From Vicugna vicugna (lineage: Eukaryota), in the NCBI GenBank assembly GCA_013265495.1, contig MU058844.1, positions 8,677,490 through 8,741,489 of the forward strand: a stretch of DNA of 64,000 nucleotides. Reading direction: 5' to 3'. Both the position numbers and the translations under genes were made by a program. Each line of letters opens with the position of its first letter. Position 1 is the stretch's first letter. Under the pieces are notes generated by a model. The model had not been told where the DNA came from, did not search any database, and worked only from the letters and a program-made list of their open reading frames with translations. Of the stretch, positions 35,048-49,173 are shown in pieces.

Positions 35048-37520
35048 CAGCTGCAGCTCAGGTCCATTGTGATACAGGTCATTACCAGACTGCTTTTCTT
35101 CAAGTCAGTGAAGGTTTTGAGCCCTTGATCATCATATCTTTCCAGTTTAGGACTGCTGTTTGTGTCTGTTTGTAGAAACAGTGGCACAAAAGAACATCAG
35201 AAGGCACCCACGTGGATCATTTGACGTCCACACAGATCCCTCCCTCATTGTGTGAAAGCAGCACTCTACTTCCTGCTGAATGGTGTCAGTGTCCCAGGGA
35301 AAATGGTGAACTCTTCTTGCCAGTTGTTCCCATGACACAGGAGGTCTAAAGTTCTGACAGCAGCCATAGATTAAAATTCAACAGGCCCTTGTGGCCTCTC
35401 CTGACAAGACTGTGCCTCCTTTGGGCACTGAGGCCTCCAGCGCTGAAGAGCCCAGTGACGGGGCCAGGAAGCACAAACTCCTCCAGTGTGTCTTTGGAAG
35501 GGATAGTAAGTAGGATAACTTCTGCTTCCTGGAAGGGCTTACATATCTTTCCCACTGAGGTCATAAAACTACTGTGGTCTCTGATTGAATGAATACCCTC
35601 TGTCCTGAGGGGATAACGCATCATCTTTTCAGAGTGCTTCCTTCGGTCACACGTTTAGAAGACTGTTGCAGCTTTGTATGAGACTAGCTACTTCTGGATG
35701 TCATGGCACAAGATCTGATCAGTGGATTCATGGTCATGGGCTCATTCTCTCACCTCCTTCACTGTGAAGGGGGTCCCCTGGGCAGATGCTATGCTGTGTG
35801 GGATCCACGCCTATGAATCAGACATTTCATAAGCCTGTCACAGTAGTGTTGGCTGAGGCTCTATGGGGAGGAAAAGCAAACCCAACCCACAATAAGTATC
35901 TCACCCTGTGAGGAGAAACCATTGGTCCTTCTAGGATGGAATGGGGCTGATGCAGCCAATTTGCTTCCCGACCTTACTGGTGGTTACAGCTATTACTGCG
36001 TCTTGGTTTCTGACAATTAAGTACTATCTCTAGCAGCAGTATTTCTAGGTCCCCATCATTTTTTGAACATTAGCAACTGCACCTCTCTGAACTCTTCTCT
36101 TACCATCTTCCTTGGACTACAGAGGATATCCACCAAGGGACTTCCTAGTGATGGTACCCCACTCACCACACATTCCTGAAGGACTTGGCAAATGGTGTGT
36201 GCTTCAGATCTTCTCATGGATTATCATCCTCTGATGGATCTTTTGCCCTTCCATAATATAGCAGTTTCAACATGCCCACTCTCTCTCAGCCTCTTAATTC
36301 CTTTCTCAGTCATCTTCCAGAGTAACTCACTGCTTCACTTAGGCTCAACTATCATTTTTGCCTCAGGCTTCTAAGAGCTACTCCAGCAAGAACTTTGCTC
36401 CATTTGATGGTGTTCTTGGTAGAGTATTAAATCCATGTCCTGAGAAAATGCCCTACCTCCTCAGTCAATGAATTCTTCCTTTTCCAGGCTTACATTCTGG
36501 CACTATTGATCAAGCACTCTTAAAATGCAGTCCCAGGAGCACTCCTCTGGCTCTTTGCTGGTAAATTCTGAATTCTTGCAATTCCTCATTGTATATATTT
36601 TCTACCCTCCCTTATCAGACTGAGTGCATCCTTGGCTGGATTATGTTGGGACTTAATGTTAGTTGTCAGCTTAGTAGCCCAGAGAGGAGATGGAAGGACA
36701 CTTGATGCTTCATGAGAGAGAGAGGCTCCTGCAGCATATTCCACCAGAGTGAAGTGTTAGCTCTTACCAGAGAAGAGTGGATTGCCTCTCTGCTAGACCA
36801 GAGAGTCTGAGCAGGCTAGAAGGCTCCATTCAGATGTCCTCAAAATCATAGTTTAGCATCTCAGGTTTTCTCTACCAGGCCCTGAAGTTTGTATAGCAGA
36901 CTTACCTTGACAGAGCATTCAAATATCTCTGGGGCTTTGTGACTTCAACAGTCTTCAAACTGATGCTATGTCTGTCTTTCCACTGCAGGTAACAAGGACC
37001 GCTATCACAGTGGCTCTCTGGCCTGAGCACGTAGCCATTAACTGCTTTTTAGTAGCCTTCAATCATTCATTATCTTTCTTTAAGGTATCAGTGCAATTTA
37101 GCAGTACCCAGTTAACTCCACTGTCTTTGTAGGCATCTTCCCACCCCCAAAGTTTTCAAATGCCTACAGCACTTCACTTGCCAAGTGAAAGCTTCCATTG
37201 GGACTTTTCTTTCTTCTTTTCCCCAAGTCACTGCAGGTAAAATTGTCAGCAATTACAATGACATTTTGTGCCAGTGACTATTCATGTCCCATTTATCAAA
37301 CACAAGGACACTTCACCTTTTGGGTGGTGGATGAGCCAGTCCCAAGTGCCCATCTTATTGCCTGATTTCGATCACCCTACTTTTGATATCACTTACATTA
37401 CTCTAGGTCCAGCAGGAAGTGGACATTAAAATGGATTAAGTAGGCAAAGGTTTTACTAGAGAAAATGACTCTAAGATCGTATATGAGAGGGAGCTGGAGA
37501 AAGCTAGTGAGGCAAGTAAA
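35048..37520 (-). mobile_element. Decayed ERV-L-class provirus fragment (partial LTR, gag-like region, integrase/dUTPase-like region)
   Basis: Minus strand at about 35866-35921 gives a degenerate FLLTG.DTYCGLG..FP integrase block, with an AHDH motif at about 35700-35750. LTR16/33-like sequence lies at about 37390-37520. The RT region appears to be absent. Confidence 0.7.
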
Positions 37521-39301
37521 GGCAGTCCTTCTCTACTAGTTGCCATTGATACACTCTTTCGGGTTTTCTCTAGCCCTTGCCAATATCCTTCCCAGACCTA
37601 CTGTCGCCACTATATATCTGTCACCATTTCAACTCTAAAACTAAGTCACTTTTACACTATTACATTGTCTTTGCTTTAGTCAAAATACTTTTCACACGTA
37701 TGTACCTGCAACTTGCCAGCTCTTTTCTTATTGCAGATTGGCAAGCTGAGAAAATAAAAATGCCTGGAATTGTTTTCCTAGAACCTCATCATCAAAATTT
37801 TTCTAAAGCTAGAGTGGACTAAGAGCTGATGTTTATTACATTAGAAAGTGAGTGTTTACTTTTTTCCCAATGAGAAGGTACAGAATTTGCATCTGATTCT
37901 TAAAGGCGTCCTTGACTCAGAAAATACATATGAAAATTTGTGTTCTTTTTTTTTTTTTCCTGATTCAGAACCGCTTTTATGAGGGAAATATAGTTGGCCC
38001 CAAGCACCCTGAGGGCACTTTTCTGTGTTGTCTGTTTCAAAGCTTTGACTTTCTCATCCATCAATTATAGAAATTTAGGGAAGTAAATTTTCTTTCCTGC
38101 ACACACCTCTACACACAAACCATTCCTCCTGTAGAATTAGTCCCACTCAATAAATATATGATTACATCATTTCGCCTTTTCTTTGCTTAAGTGTCCATCT
38201 GAAGAAAGAGCATTTAGAGAGATTGGGACCCATTCACGGACATTATTTTCAACCCCTAGCAACCACAATCTACTACTCAATTGCTTATTATCAATGATAA
38301 AAGCAGTTCAAGATAAGAAATAAGAAATGTTATTATTTTAGTATGTGTAGATATAGAAGTCTCACTTACCCATTTCCTTATAAAAAACAATGCCACAAAG
38401 CTTACATTTACCATAAGAATCTTACTGAGAATGTCATTCAGTGCATTAAAGAGGGTCTTTTGAGAGGGTCCACAGAATAAACATCACTCTGATCTCAGAA
38501 CCAGGAAGAGTTATTGCTTTCCTTGAGAAACTAGTTGTTTTCATCTTAACATTCTGAGAATGTAACTGAAGAAACGCCATTCTTCTGAAAAGCTTGGAGC
38601 CAATCTGTGAACCCTCCAAAAAGGTTAATCATATTTATTTCGTGTTAACCTCATGCTGGCTCCATTTTACTTCCTCATGCTAATTTTCTCTTTGTCTTGT
38701 TTTTCTTCTCCTTTTAGAATTTAATTTTATCTTGTTATATGGCATAATGTCTTTCATTGTATATCCTCTTAAAAGTACATTCTGGACCAAAGCAGCATAA
38801 AAATACATTGCACATAAAGTCAACATTCCCAACTAACAAGTTCCTAATTACACTGAATGCCACATCGGAGTCTTAAATATGATGTAAGATTTTATGACAG
38901 CCTTTAGCCTGTCTGATTCCAAGACATATTAACACAGGTGGGACTAATTTTAGAGTTGTTTCTTGAGTACACGGTGACATTTATTGAAAGCACATTGTGG
39001 AATGAATGCATAGAGTGAAATTCAGTGTGTCTACCAACAGAAAACTTGTGAAGTGTGGCTGCAGAGGTTAACAGTCTTCCATCCCTGTTTCTCAGCAGAG
39101 TGAGGATAGTTCTGTGAGATGTGAATTCCTGAAGAAATAATCTGAACTTCTAAACCTAGATGTTTGTAGAGAATAATTTGCAGCCTTTCCATCTAGACAG
39201 GGATAATGAGGAGAACATCATAAGCAAGCCAGGGTTTCATTAAATTTCTGAGGCTTAAACTCTTTCTTAGATGGAATATAACTTCTCATAAGAAATCTCA
39301 G

Positions 39302-41685
39302 ACCTTCACTGATAAACACAGATGCAATATGCTCAACAAAATACTAGCAAACAGAATCCAAGAATACATTAAAAGGATCATACACCATGATCAAGTGGGA
39401 TTTATCCCAGGGATGCAAGGATTTTTCAATACCCACAAATCAGTCAATATGATACACCACACTAACAAATGGAGGAATAAAAACCATGTGATCATCTCAA
39501 TAGACATAGAAAAAGCTTCTGATAAAATTCAACATTTATTTATGATAAAAATTCTCCAGAAAGTGGACATAGAAGGAACATATCTCAACATAATAAAGAC
39601 CATATATGACAAACCCACAGCTAACATCATACTCAATGGTGAAAAGCTAAAAACATTCCTTTCGAGATCAGGAACAAGACAAGGATGCCCACTCTCACCA
39701 CTTTTATTCAACATAGTTTTGGAAGTCCTAGCCACAGCAATCAGAGAAGAAAAGGAAATAAAAGGAATCCAAATTGGAAATGAGGAAGTAAAACTGTCAT
39801 TGTTGCAGATGACATGATACTCTACAGAGAAAATCCTAAAGGCATCACCAGAAAACTACTAGAGCTCATCAGTGAATCTGATAAGGTTGCAAGATACAGA
39901 AATGTGTTGCATTTCTATACACTAACAGTGAAATATCATAAAGAGAAATTAAGGATATAATTCCATTTACCATTGCATCAAAAAGAATAAAATACCTAAG
40001 AATAAACCTACCTAAGGAGGCAAAAGACCTGTACTCCGAAAACTATGACACTGATGAGAGAAACTGAAGAATGGCACAAACAGGTGGAAAGATAAACTGG
40101 TGTTTTGGATTGGAAGAATAAATATTGTTAGAATGACTATACTACACAAGGCAATCTACAGATTCAATGCAATCCCTGTCTAATTACAATGGCATTTTCC
40201 ACCAAACTAGGACAAAAATGTTTTAAATTTGTATAGAAACACAGAAAATTCTGAATAGCCAAAACAATCTTGAGAAAGAAGAAGCTGGGGGAATCACTGT
40301 TCCCTGACTTCAGACTACACTACAAAGCTACAGTAATAAAAACAGTATGGTACTGGCACAAAAACAGACACATAGGTCAATGGAACAGGATAGAAAACCC
40401 AGAAATAAACCCACACACTTATGGTCAATTAATCTACAGCAAAGGAGGCAAGGATATACAATGGAGGGAAGACAATCGCTTCAATAAGTGGTGCTGGGAA
40501 AACTGGACAGCTACACATAAAGGAATGAAATTGGAACATTCTCTAAAACCATATACAAAAATAAACTCAAAATGGATCAAAGACCTACATATAAGACTAG
40601 ATGCTATAAAACTCCTAGAAGAAAACATGCAGACACTCTGACATAAACTGCAGCAGTATTTTTTTTGGATCTGTCTCCTAGAGTAAAGGAAATAAAAGCG
40701 AAAATAAACAAATGGGACCTAATTAAACTTAACAAGATTTTGCACAGTAAAGGAAACCATAAACAAAATGAAAAGACAACCTACATAATGGGGAATGGGA
40801 GAAAATATGTGCAAATGATGTGACCAATTAAGGATTATTTCCAAATATATACAAATAGCTCATACAACTCAATAAAAAAAAACAATTAAATCAAAAAATG
40901 GGCAGAAGACCTAAATAGGTATTTCTCCAAAGAAGTCATACACATAGCCAACAAGCACACAAAAAGATGTGCAACACCACTAATTCTTAGAGCAATGCAA
41001 ATCAAAACTACAATGAGGTATCACCTCACACCAGCTAGAATGGCCATCATTCAAAAAAACAAAAAATCCACAAGTAATAAATGTTAGAGAGGGTGAGAAA
41101 AAAGGGAACCCTCCTACACTGTTGGTGGGAATGTAAATTGGTACAGCCACTGTGGAGAAAATTATGGAGGTTTCTTAAAAAACTAAAAATAGAGGTACCA
41201 TATGATCTATCAATCCCACTCCTGGGCATAAATCCAGAAAAAAAAATAAAAAACTCTAATTTGAAAAGATACACGCACCCCAATGTTCACAGCAGCACTA
41301 TTTACAACAGCCAAAACATGGAAGCACACTAAATGTCCATCGACAGATGAATGGATAAAGATAAAGATGTGGCATATATATATACATACACAATGGAATA
41401 CCATTCTTCCATAAAATGAAATAATGCCATCTGCAGCAATATGGATGGACTTAAAGATTATCATATTAAGTGAAGAAAATCAGACAGAGAAAGATAAATA
41501 TCATATGATATCACTTATATATGGAATCTAAAAAAATTATTTTAGATTATAGAAAACAAACTTATGGTTTGTTTTCAAATAGAAAATAAAAAAACTTATG
41601 GTTACCAAAGAGGAAAGAGAGGGGAGGGATTTGGAATTTGAGATTAATAGATACACACTACTATATACAAAATAGATAAACAACC
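39302..41685 (+). mobile_element. L1, 5'-truncated and 3'-truncated, disrupted ORF2
   Basis: ORF 39329-39817 ([30 protein letters not shown]...[21 protein letters not shown]) is RT; ORFs at 40270 and 41081 are downstream ORF2. The element ends at aatagataaacaac without a poly(A). Confidence 0.96.
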
Positions 41686-41689
41686 TAGA

Positions 41690-41980
41690 AGAGAGGACTT
41701 TCATGAACAATAACCTATATTGTTTATAATAGACTACTTCCCTGTGTCCGTGCCCAATCACTGCATCACATTATTCTTTTGTCTATTCTATACAAATTAC
41801 ACTAATTTTTTTTTATTAGTATGCTTACTTACTATTTGGTTTCCATTAGTCAAATGTAAGCTCCTAGAGGGAGTGAACTAGTTTGTCACGTTGATTGTCT
41901 TATCTTCTGTTTCTATGACAGAACCTATAGCAGTAGGTTCTCAATCAACACTTTGTATTGTTATTTTAATGAATGAAATA
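41690..41980 (+). mobile_element. L2 3' end remnant
   Basis: aaatgtaagctcctagagggagtgaactagtttgtcacgttgattgtcttatc...cagaacctatagcagtaggttctcaatcaacac...aatgaatgaa. Confidence 0.65.
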
Positions 41981-42584
41981 AAAACAAAGTGCAATGGCTT
42001 ACACAGTGTTGGGTATTAACCTCAGCTGTGCTTTATCAAGTTGATGAACAGACATTCTGGGGATGTCTTTTTCCCCTACTCTCCAGCAACTGGGTCGAGG
42101 AGTACTAGAATGCTCAACATTTCTTCATTCAGTGACAGTGTTTTGTTTTTTCTTTTCATGCAAAAATTGGGATCTGTGAAATATCCCCATTTGTTTTTAT
42201 TTGTTTTAGAAGGCTCAAATATATGGCCAAAAGTGCATTCTGTAAGATTTCTTTTCAGTTTGGCAAATCTCAATAGTTTCACTTGGAAACACTGTGTACT
42301 TTCTACTTGAATCTCTTAATTAAAAATTAAATATATTTTGCTCACTGCATTCTTTTAAAGTTAGTCGCAAAACCCTGAAACCCTGAGTTACACAATGTGA
42401 TTATATAAGTCAGAAAGTCTTTAGAATGAAATTGCCTTCCAAACTCCAAGTTATTTACTCTTTATTCTTGTTTTACCACATACTTGATGGTAAGACTGTT
42501 TCATTATTTAACCTGTTCTTTTACTTAAAGTATATGAAAGATAGTTGTGGAAAACCACAGTGTGAAAACAATATTAATTAAGTT

Positions 42585-42755
42585 CATATCATGTGTGAAG
42601 CACTTCTCTTCTAAGCACATTGATGCATTATCTCATTTAATCCTAAAACAAACTTCTGTGGTAGGACTATTATTAGTTCTAGTTTACAAATGAGGTGACT
42701 GAGGCAAAGAGCAAAGAGAGGGTGGAACTAGGCTTTCCATCCAGGTGACCTGACA
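42585..42755 (-). mobile_element. MIR SINE
   Basis: gcattatctcatttaatcctaaaacaaacttctgtggtaggactattattagttctagtttacaaatgaggtgactgaggcaaaga. Confidence 0.8.
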
Positions 42756-43168
42756 AATGGCCTTTGTGGCTTTCAGAAGAGAGAAAGAAGAGCATTTTCT
42801 TCCTTCTCCACAGAGGAGCCAGTAGATCATACTCCACTTGCTATTTGCCTGGATCACAGTCTAGGCAGATTGTGATGTCTTGTGCTTTGGGGTGTCCCCT
42901 AATACCTTCCTTCCTCTACACAGAATTCTCCTGCCCACACTACTTTTGGACATGTTGTTCAATCCTTCTTTAAACATTTTTATTTTGTTTGCTTTTTCTG
43001 ATGACAAAAATATTCACTCATTCTAGACCAGTTTTTAAAGAGTAAAAATGTATTTATGAAATTAGAAAAAAAAAATCCCCTAATCTCTAAATTGCTAATA
43101 ATTATTTCTTTTCTTCCAGTCTCTTACCATGTCTTTCCTTTATAATTAAGACACTTTGTATCCACATA

Positions 43169-44701
43169 TGTATTGTTTCAGGTCTTCCTAGAAGCAGATG
43201 CCAAGATAGGGCTAGACATACAAGATATATTTATCGAAGGAAATCCCTGTGTCAGGACAAAGGGGAGAGGATTGGGGGAATCTTCAGATCATGATGCAAG
43301 TCTGATCCCAGTAAAGGAAAGCAGGAAGGAAAAAGGATTGGGTAGGAAAAGTTTCAAACCGTAGGGCAGTTCTACAAAGTTTCAATGTAGTGGCAGATCA
43401 CAGAGGTAGAAACTGGGCCTGTCCATCAGTGATGCTCTGTGTGGCTCATTATCAAGTTCACTAAGGTCCATGCCACCATGCCCTACACATCTATTGCTCC
43501 AAGTGCATTCCAATAACAGCTCCTCTTTGTTATTTAGGGATTTTTCAACCCAACAAGAAGTATGAAAGAGGGAGGTTAGTAGTATGAATTGCAGCCTGTG
43601 ACCCTGCTGTTGATCTAAAGGCCAAATCTGGTCTTCTTCCCCCTCCTCCACCATCCATGCTGAATTCCTCTCACCTTCAGCTATCATCTAACATCTCATC
43701 AGGTCTAAGTGGCTGCCCTGCATGCATGACTCAAACCTGCATTTCTGAGGCATCTGGGCCCTTGACAATCATGCCCTCCTCAGGTTAGAGTTGATGCCTG
43801 TGTTTGTTCACAGTTACAATGGGGCCAAGGAATACAGGAAACACCAAGTGGATCACCTGGATGCTATATCTATTCCTCTCAGTCTCTACTGTGGAGAAGC
43901 ATCCCTACTTCCTCCTGATGATCACAGTCTGTTACCTCTACTGCAGCAGGGGCTTCTCTTCTTATCTGCTTGGTCCCTGGCACAAGAAATAAAAAATTCC
44001 CTGGTAGCAGTCATAACTATAGTTCAATGAGACTCTTGCTGTTTCCACCGTCAAGAATACGCCCCCTTTGTGGTCCCGAATGTCCAACACTACAGATCTC
44101 AGAGTTGATTTGGACAGGAAAAAAAATTGTCTAGTAAGTCTACAGGAGTGACAGTAAGAGTGGTAGTAAGATGGGTTACTAATACTTCCACCTCTTATTT
44201 TCCAGCCCTATGTAATCTTCCTGTTGGGGACACAGCATCATATAGGGTTCTCTGATTTCATACATACACAACATCATGAAAGATGTCAGCCAATCTTCTC
44301 TGAATATTGCCCCCAGGCTAGAGCTTCAGCTGTGCCTTCAGTGGGCTGTTTCATTGTTCTATGAGACTGGCTGTTTCTGGATGATGAGATGTATGGTATG
44401 ACTCGTGAATCCCATGGTCACAAGCCCAGTCCCACACTTTCTCCCTTTGAAGTGGGTCTGCTGGTTAGGAGCTATGTTGAAGCAGTTTAACATAGATCAG
44501 TCATTCTGTAAGCTTCAGGACAGTGGTGGTGACTGAGTATCGGAAGGCAGGTAAGGCAAATCCATACCCAGGGTAGACATCTATCACTGTGAGGACGAAC
44601 CACAGCCTCTCTGAGCATGAGAAGAGAATAATGTATTTACTTTTCCACCAAGTAATCGATTGATTTATTGAGGAATAGTGACACACTGAGGGTTCTAGTG
44701 C
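43169..44701 (-). mobile_element. ERV-L-class fragment: integrase/dUTPase-like internal region plus partial LTR16-like 3' LTR
   Basis: ORF 44501-44761 contains ITWWKSKYI...FVLTVIDVYPGYGFALPAFRYSVTTTVLKLTE, homologous to ERV-L integrase. LTR-like sequence at 43169-43385 (caggtcttcctagaagcagatgccaagatagg...cagatcatgatgcaagtctga). Confidence 0.8.
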
Positions 44702-45102
44702 TATTATGGACTGAACTGTGTCCCAACCAAATTTATATATTGAAGTCTTACCCACCCCCATGGTGTCTGCATTTAGAGATGGGGCCTCTCAGGGCTTATT
44801 AAGGTTAAATGATGTCACAAGGGTGGGGTCCTAATACAATAGGACTGGTATCCTTACAAGTAGAGGAAAACACCAGAGCTCACTCGCTGTCTCTCCATGT
44901 GCATGCAGAGGAAAAGGCCATATGAGGACATGGCAAGAAATTATCAACTGCAAGCACAGGAGAGAGATCTCACCAGAAACCAACCATGATGAAACCTTAA
45001 TCTCGGACTTCCAGCCTCCAGAACTGTGAGGAAATAAATCTCTGTTGTTTAAGCCACCCAGTCTGTGGTATTGTGTTATGGCAACCTGAGCCCACTAATA
45101 CT
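44702..45102 (+). mobile_element. MLT1A/MLT1A0-like solo LTR inserted into the ERV-L
   Basis: tattatggactgaactgtgtccc...aaggttaaatgatgtcacaagggtggggtcctaat...ggacttccagcctccagaactgtgaggaaataaatctctgttgtttaagccacccagtctgtggtattgtgttatggcaacc. Confidence 0.92.
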
Positions 45103-46347
45103 GTTGCCAACAGCATGGAAATTCAGTGATGTAACATCTTGAAGTAAGAGTCCATTACACCCTCTGCAGCAGCTCTGAGAGAGTGGAACATTTTCAAATC
45201 TTCCACACTGTATTTATTATCTTATTATTCACTAGGCAGGCAACACGGGAAGAATTGGAATTGTTTTAAATATGAGTAAATGATAAAATTCTAATAAAAA
45301 GCATTCTCTACTCAAATTCTTATTGAGCACTTGAATATTTAAGTTAACATTTCTAGGGAAGAGGCAATTAATATACTATCTTGGCCATTAGAGCTTCTAG
45401 CAAACTGTGGAAAACTCAATTAACATGGTATTTCTGCAAGAAGGTCTCTTTTGCCTTCCAAAAGGCATTTTGTTGAGATTGCCCAAACTGGAAAGTAGAA
45501 TGGTCTTGAATATCTTTTTATGGTTTGTTTATTAAACATTCAGTGCAAATAAGTGTGAATCTTATGTTTTTTAAATCTTGAATTAAATACATAAGAAAAT
45601 GATTTTATACTTCTTTGATTTTCTTCTTCTTTCTGAACCAGTAGGTAAATTCCTAAATAATTCAGCAAATTTATTATGAACCTACTGTATGTTTACTCTA
45701 GCAGGTAGTGGGGACAAACCAATGAAAAAGACAGATGTTGGTTCTGCCCTTAAGGACATGATAGCTTCTTGCCAGAGCTTCACTGAAGGTGTCAAGGTTA
45801 AACATTTGTTACACCTTCTGATGTAGTTTTGAGAATTGTGTATCTGCTTTACCTCAATTACCATCTGCACAGTCAAGAAGAATAGCATAATGAGAGGAAA
45901 CACTGCCCAGAGTATCTGTCATTTATTCAGCTGATACACATTGTGAAGATAAATCTTACTAACAGGGTAAGCAAGAATGAGCCTTGTTATACTGTGTATA
46001 GCAAACTGCAAGTACAAACGTAAAAGGGAAAAAGGAAACCTAGTTCATGCAACAGATCCAGTTCAAACTGAATTCAAGGCCTACAGAAATGAGATCTGGC
46101 TAAAAAATTTAAATTGTTTTGTATTATTCTTCTAAGCTACTTGCTAGAGACTATTTCTCTCATGTGTTCTAATTTGGGAAGATATTTGCAAGATAATAAA
46201 TAATCCTCAGAGATGAAATTCTTTTCTCCATCACTTACCAAAAATATTCTAATCTTTTAAGGTATCACTATTATTTTTGCACTGACCAAAATCTTTTTGT
46301 GGAAAGCTGCTGGTATAGTATGTGTCATGTGTGTGTGCACCTATGCT

Positions 46348-46377
46348 TGTGTGTGTGTGTGTGTGTGTGTTTATGTG
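46348..46377. repeat. (TG)n microsatellite
   Basis: About 11 TG units with degenerate flanks. Confidence 0.9.
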
Positions 46378-49173
46378 TCCACTGCTGTGTATAACCTTTA
46401 TATTTTCCCCTGTGTCATCAGGTTCCCTGTTTTACACTATACACACATATTGTAGGGTTTCTGCTAAGCTACTGCTCTGCATTAAATTGTGAATCCTCAT
46501 GAGGAAAAATCTTTTCTTTTTCTAAATAGATTTAACATAGTCATACAAAGGTTCAGTCTCAAGATCTTTAGCTATATCCAATAAATTTGGCCAAGTAAGA
46601 ACATATACTATTTTTCATATCATCAAACTCAAGGACAGTATCACTGAGGCCAATTTATAGTGTGCTATAAAATTAAATTCATCTAACTCTTTCATTGTAG
46701 TTACCTAGAAACACATTGTATTTGAAAATGTTTCCAAGAGTCACAGTGAATTTGTAGTAGAATTGAACCAAATGCAAAATTTGGCTTTATAAATATAGTT
46801 TACATTAAACTCCTTTTAAACATCATACCCTGAGATGTGGTGATAAATTTGCTTCTGACTTAAATAGAAAAAGTCTACCTTATAATTAGTCATATTTGTT
46901 AAAATACTAAAAATGGTCACATCTCTTTTCACATGACTTGGATGCTAGACTACATAGTTAATAATGTGTAATCTATGAAGGTGTGAGTATTCCCTTAATA
47001 CTCTAACAGGAGGTTTCATTTAATTATTCCTCCTTATAATTTATTTTCAATTTTGAATATGATTCCAGTGACAAAAGGTTTATAAAATAATAATAATCTT
47101 CACTATATCATTTTGATTTCTGGGTGAGGAAATATTTGAGTCTGGAAAGACTTTCACTCCAAAGCAATACCTATGTTAGGAAATGCATCACTAGGGCAAG
47201 CTGTATTATTCAAAAGTGTTTTGCTTTTGTCTTTTTGAATAATATAAATAAATGTTCTATTCTTTCTTGCTTATTGATTTTTTTTACCATGGGTATAATT
47301 TTATTATTTTATTATTAGTCACTAAACACTACTTTAATTGGTTTCTATTTTATATAAAGTACCCTATTAACTCATACCAAGATTTTTGGTGTAAAAAACA
47401 ATCTGTATGTGGCCTTAACATGGTTAGAGAATTACGTAATTGTGTAATTAGAGTTCTGATTGATGTTATTTGATTTGGACAGGCAGTGATCCACATTTCA
47501 AAGAGGAAGGGAGCATAACATATTCCTGCAGTAAACATAATACTGCCTGAGTTTTATATTTAAGATGATATGTGACAATTTATATTTGTTCTACATATTT
47601 TTTAAAATGATGGTTCAACAAATTCTGCAAATGAAATAGCCCAAAATGCCACACTCACTTATATTATATCAATAATCCAGCTATCTTCTGGGTGGAGTCT
47701 CCTGCCCCTTTGAAATCACTTAAGATAGGCTCAAACTTCCAAACATGACCTTGGGAAACCTAAGCCCTTTCTCTAACATTGTATGAATTTACTGGAGCTA
47801 CTGTGATTATGGTCCCTTTACCTTTGGGCTTATGCTTTTGTTTCACCTCATACAACTCAGAAGTGAAACTTATATCCATTCCCAGTGTTTCAGGGAAAAT
47901 ATCCTACAAAAAAATCACTCATAACTGAGATAGTTCCATCAAATACTGATCGGGAAGCATATTATGATAAGGTGCTAGAGTTGGGAGAGGAGAAGCTGTA
48001 CACTGAAGCAACAGAAATAACTAGAGTAAATAATTTCTACTGGATATTTCTCACAGCTATCCTGCCACACACATCTCTCTGGGTCTTCTGACTCTCTCTC
48101 TGTTCTTTGTCTCCAAACACTTCCCTCTCAAGAGCAAAACAAATGCCTCTCCTTGTCTCTTACAGAAAAGTTTAGTCACAATTCATTGTAGCTTGGTTTT
48201 TCCTGATAATAACATCCGTTGGACTCAACCTCTATAGAAAGTAGCTTAGCAAGAAAATTACTCAACGACCTTTCTCTTCCAGGGTAAGTTCTTATTTCTG
48301 CTTTGTCCATGACTTTAGTGAATGAAATGTTCTTAGGTGAATGAAGCAGAAATGGTTTACTGGTAATGGCTGAGAGTTTGACAATCTCTAGTTAGGACCG
48401 CAGGGGACATCCTGAGGTCGTGGCTAACTTAGCTCCTCACAGAGCAATGGCTTCATCAGTCATCAAGTTCGCCCTAAGGTAGAGCTACTTCTGTAAAAGT
48501 AAAGCAGTATTTTCATAGGAAAATAATTCAAGGGCCTCTTTCTCTGTTTGCAAAGGACCAGACTTACCACTCATAGCTTTGTATGACAAGTGAGTTTCCT
48601 CTTTTTGTTTAAGAAGTGACAAGTATATTCCTGGCCTTTGTAGTATTAGTAGTGAAAACCTACATTTATTAAGTAATACATTGCTGAATTTTTAGTGTCC
48701 ACTCTTGTAATAAAGTTACATTGATTGTGTAATAATTTCTAAATTGGAATATGGAGTCTGGGTATTTTTCCAGAAATAATATCTGTAAAATGCCCTATTT
48801 CTAGAGCAGAGTCATTGATTCAGAATATCTAATTGTCTTTTTAGAAGTACTCCAGGAGTTACAACAAGGAAACCAAGTGTATTTTTAAAAATTCCATGTC
48901 TTGGCAGGCCAACAGGGCCAATGCAGACCTGAAAAAATTATTATTTAAAATTAACACAATTGGATTGAGATTTTGCTTTCCATTCCACATTCAATCTACT
49001 CACTTTCTCTGAATATGCACACTCCTGCACACAAAGCATTCATTTTTGAAAGGGAATTGAAAATATTTATTTTAAAAATAATAGATTGATTATACAAAAA
49101 TATCAGACATATTACCATAGGCCTTATATGCTCATATTTTAGACATCTTTGTATTTAAGAATCAATTTCCACA

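Noticed and set aside
35147..35624. ORFs in the GC-richer 35 kb region as a possible domesticated retroviral gene
   Set aside because: Short, frameshifted remnants of ERV-L internal sequence with no long intact frame.
39329..39817. 162-aa RT-like ORF
   Set aside because: LINE-1 ORF2 fragment, frameshifted at the catalytic FADD region.
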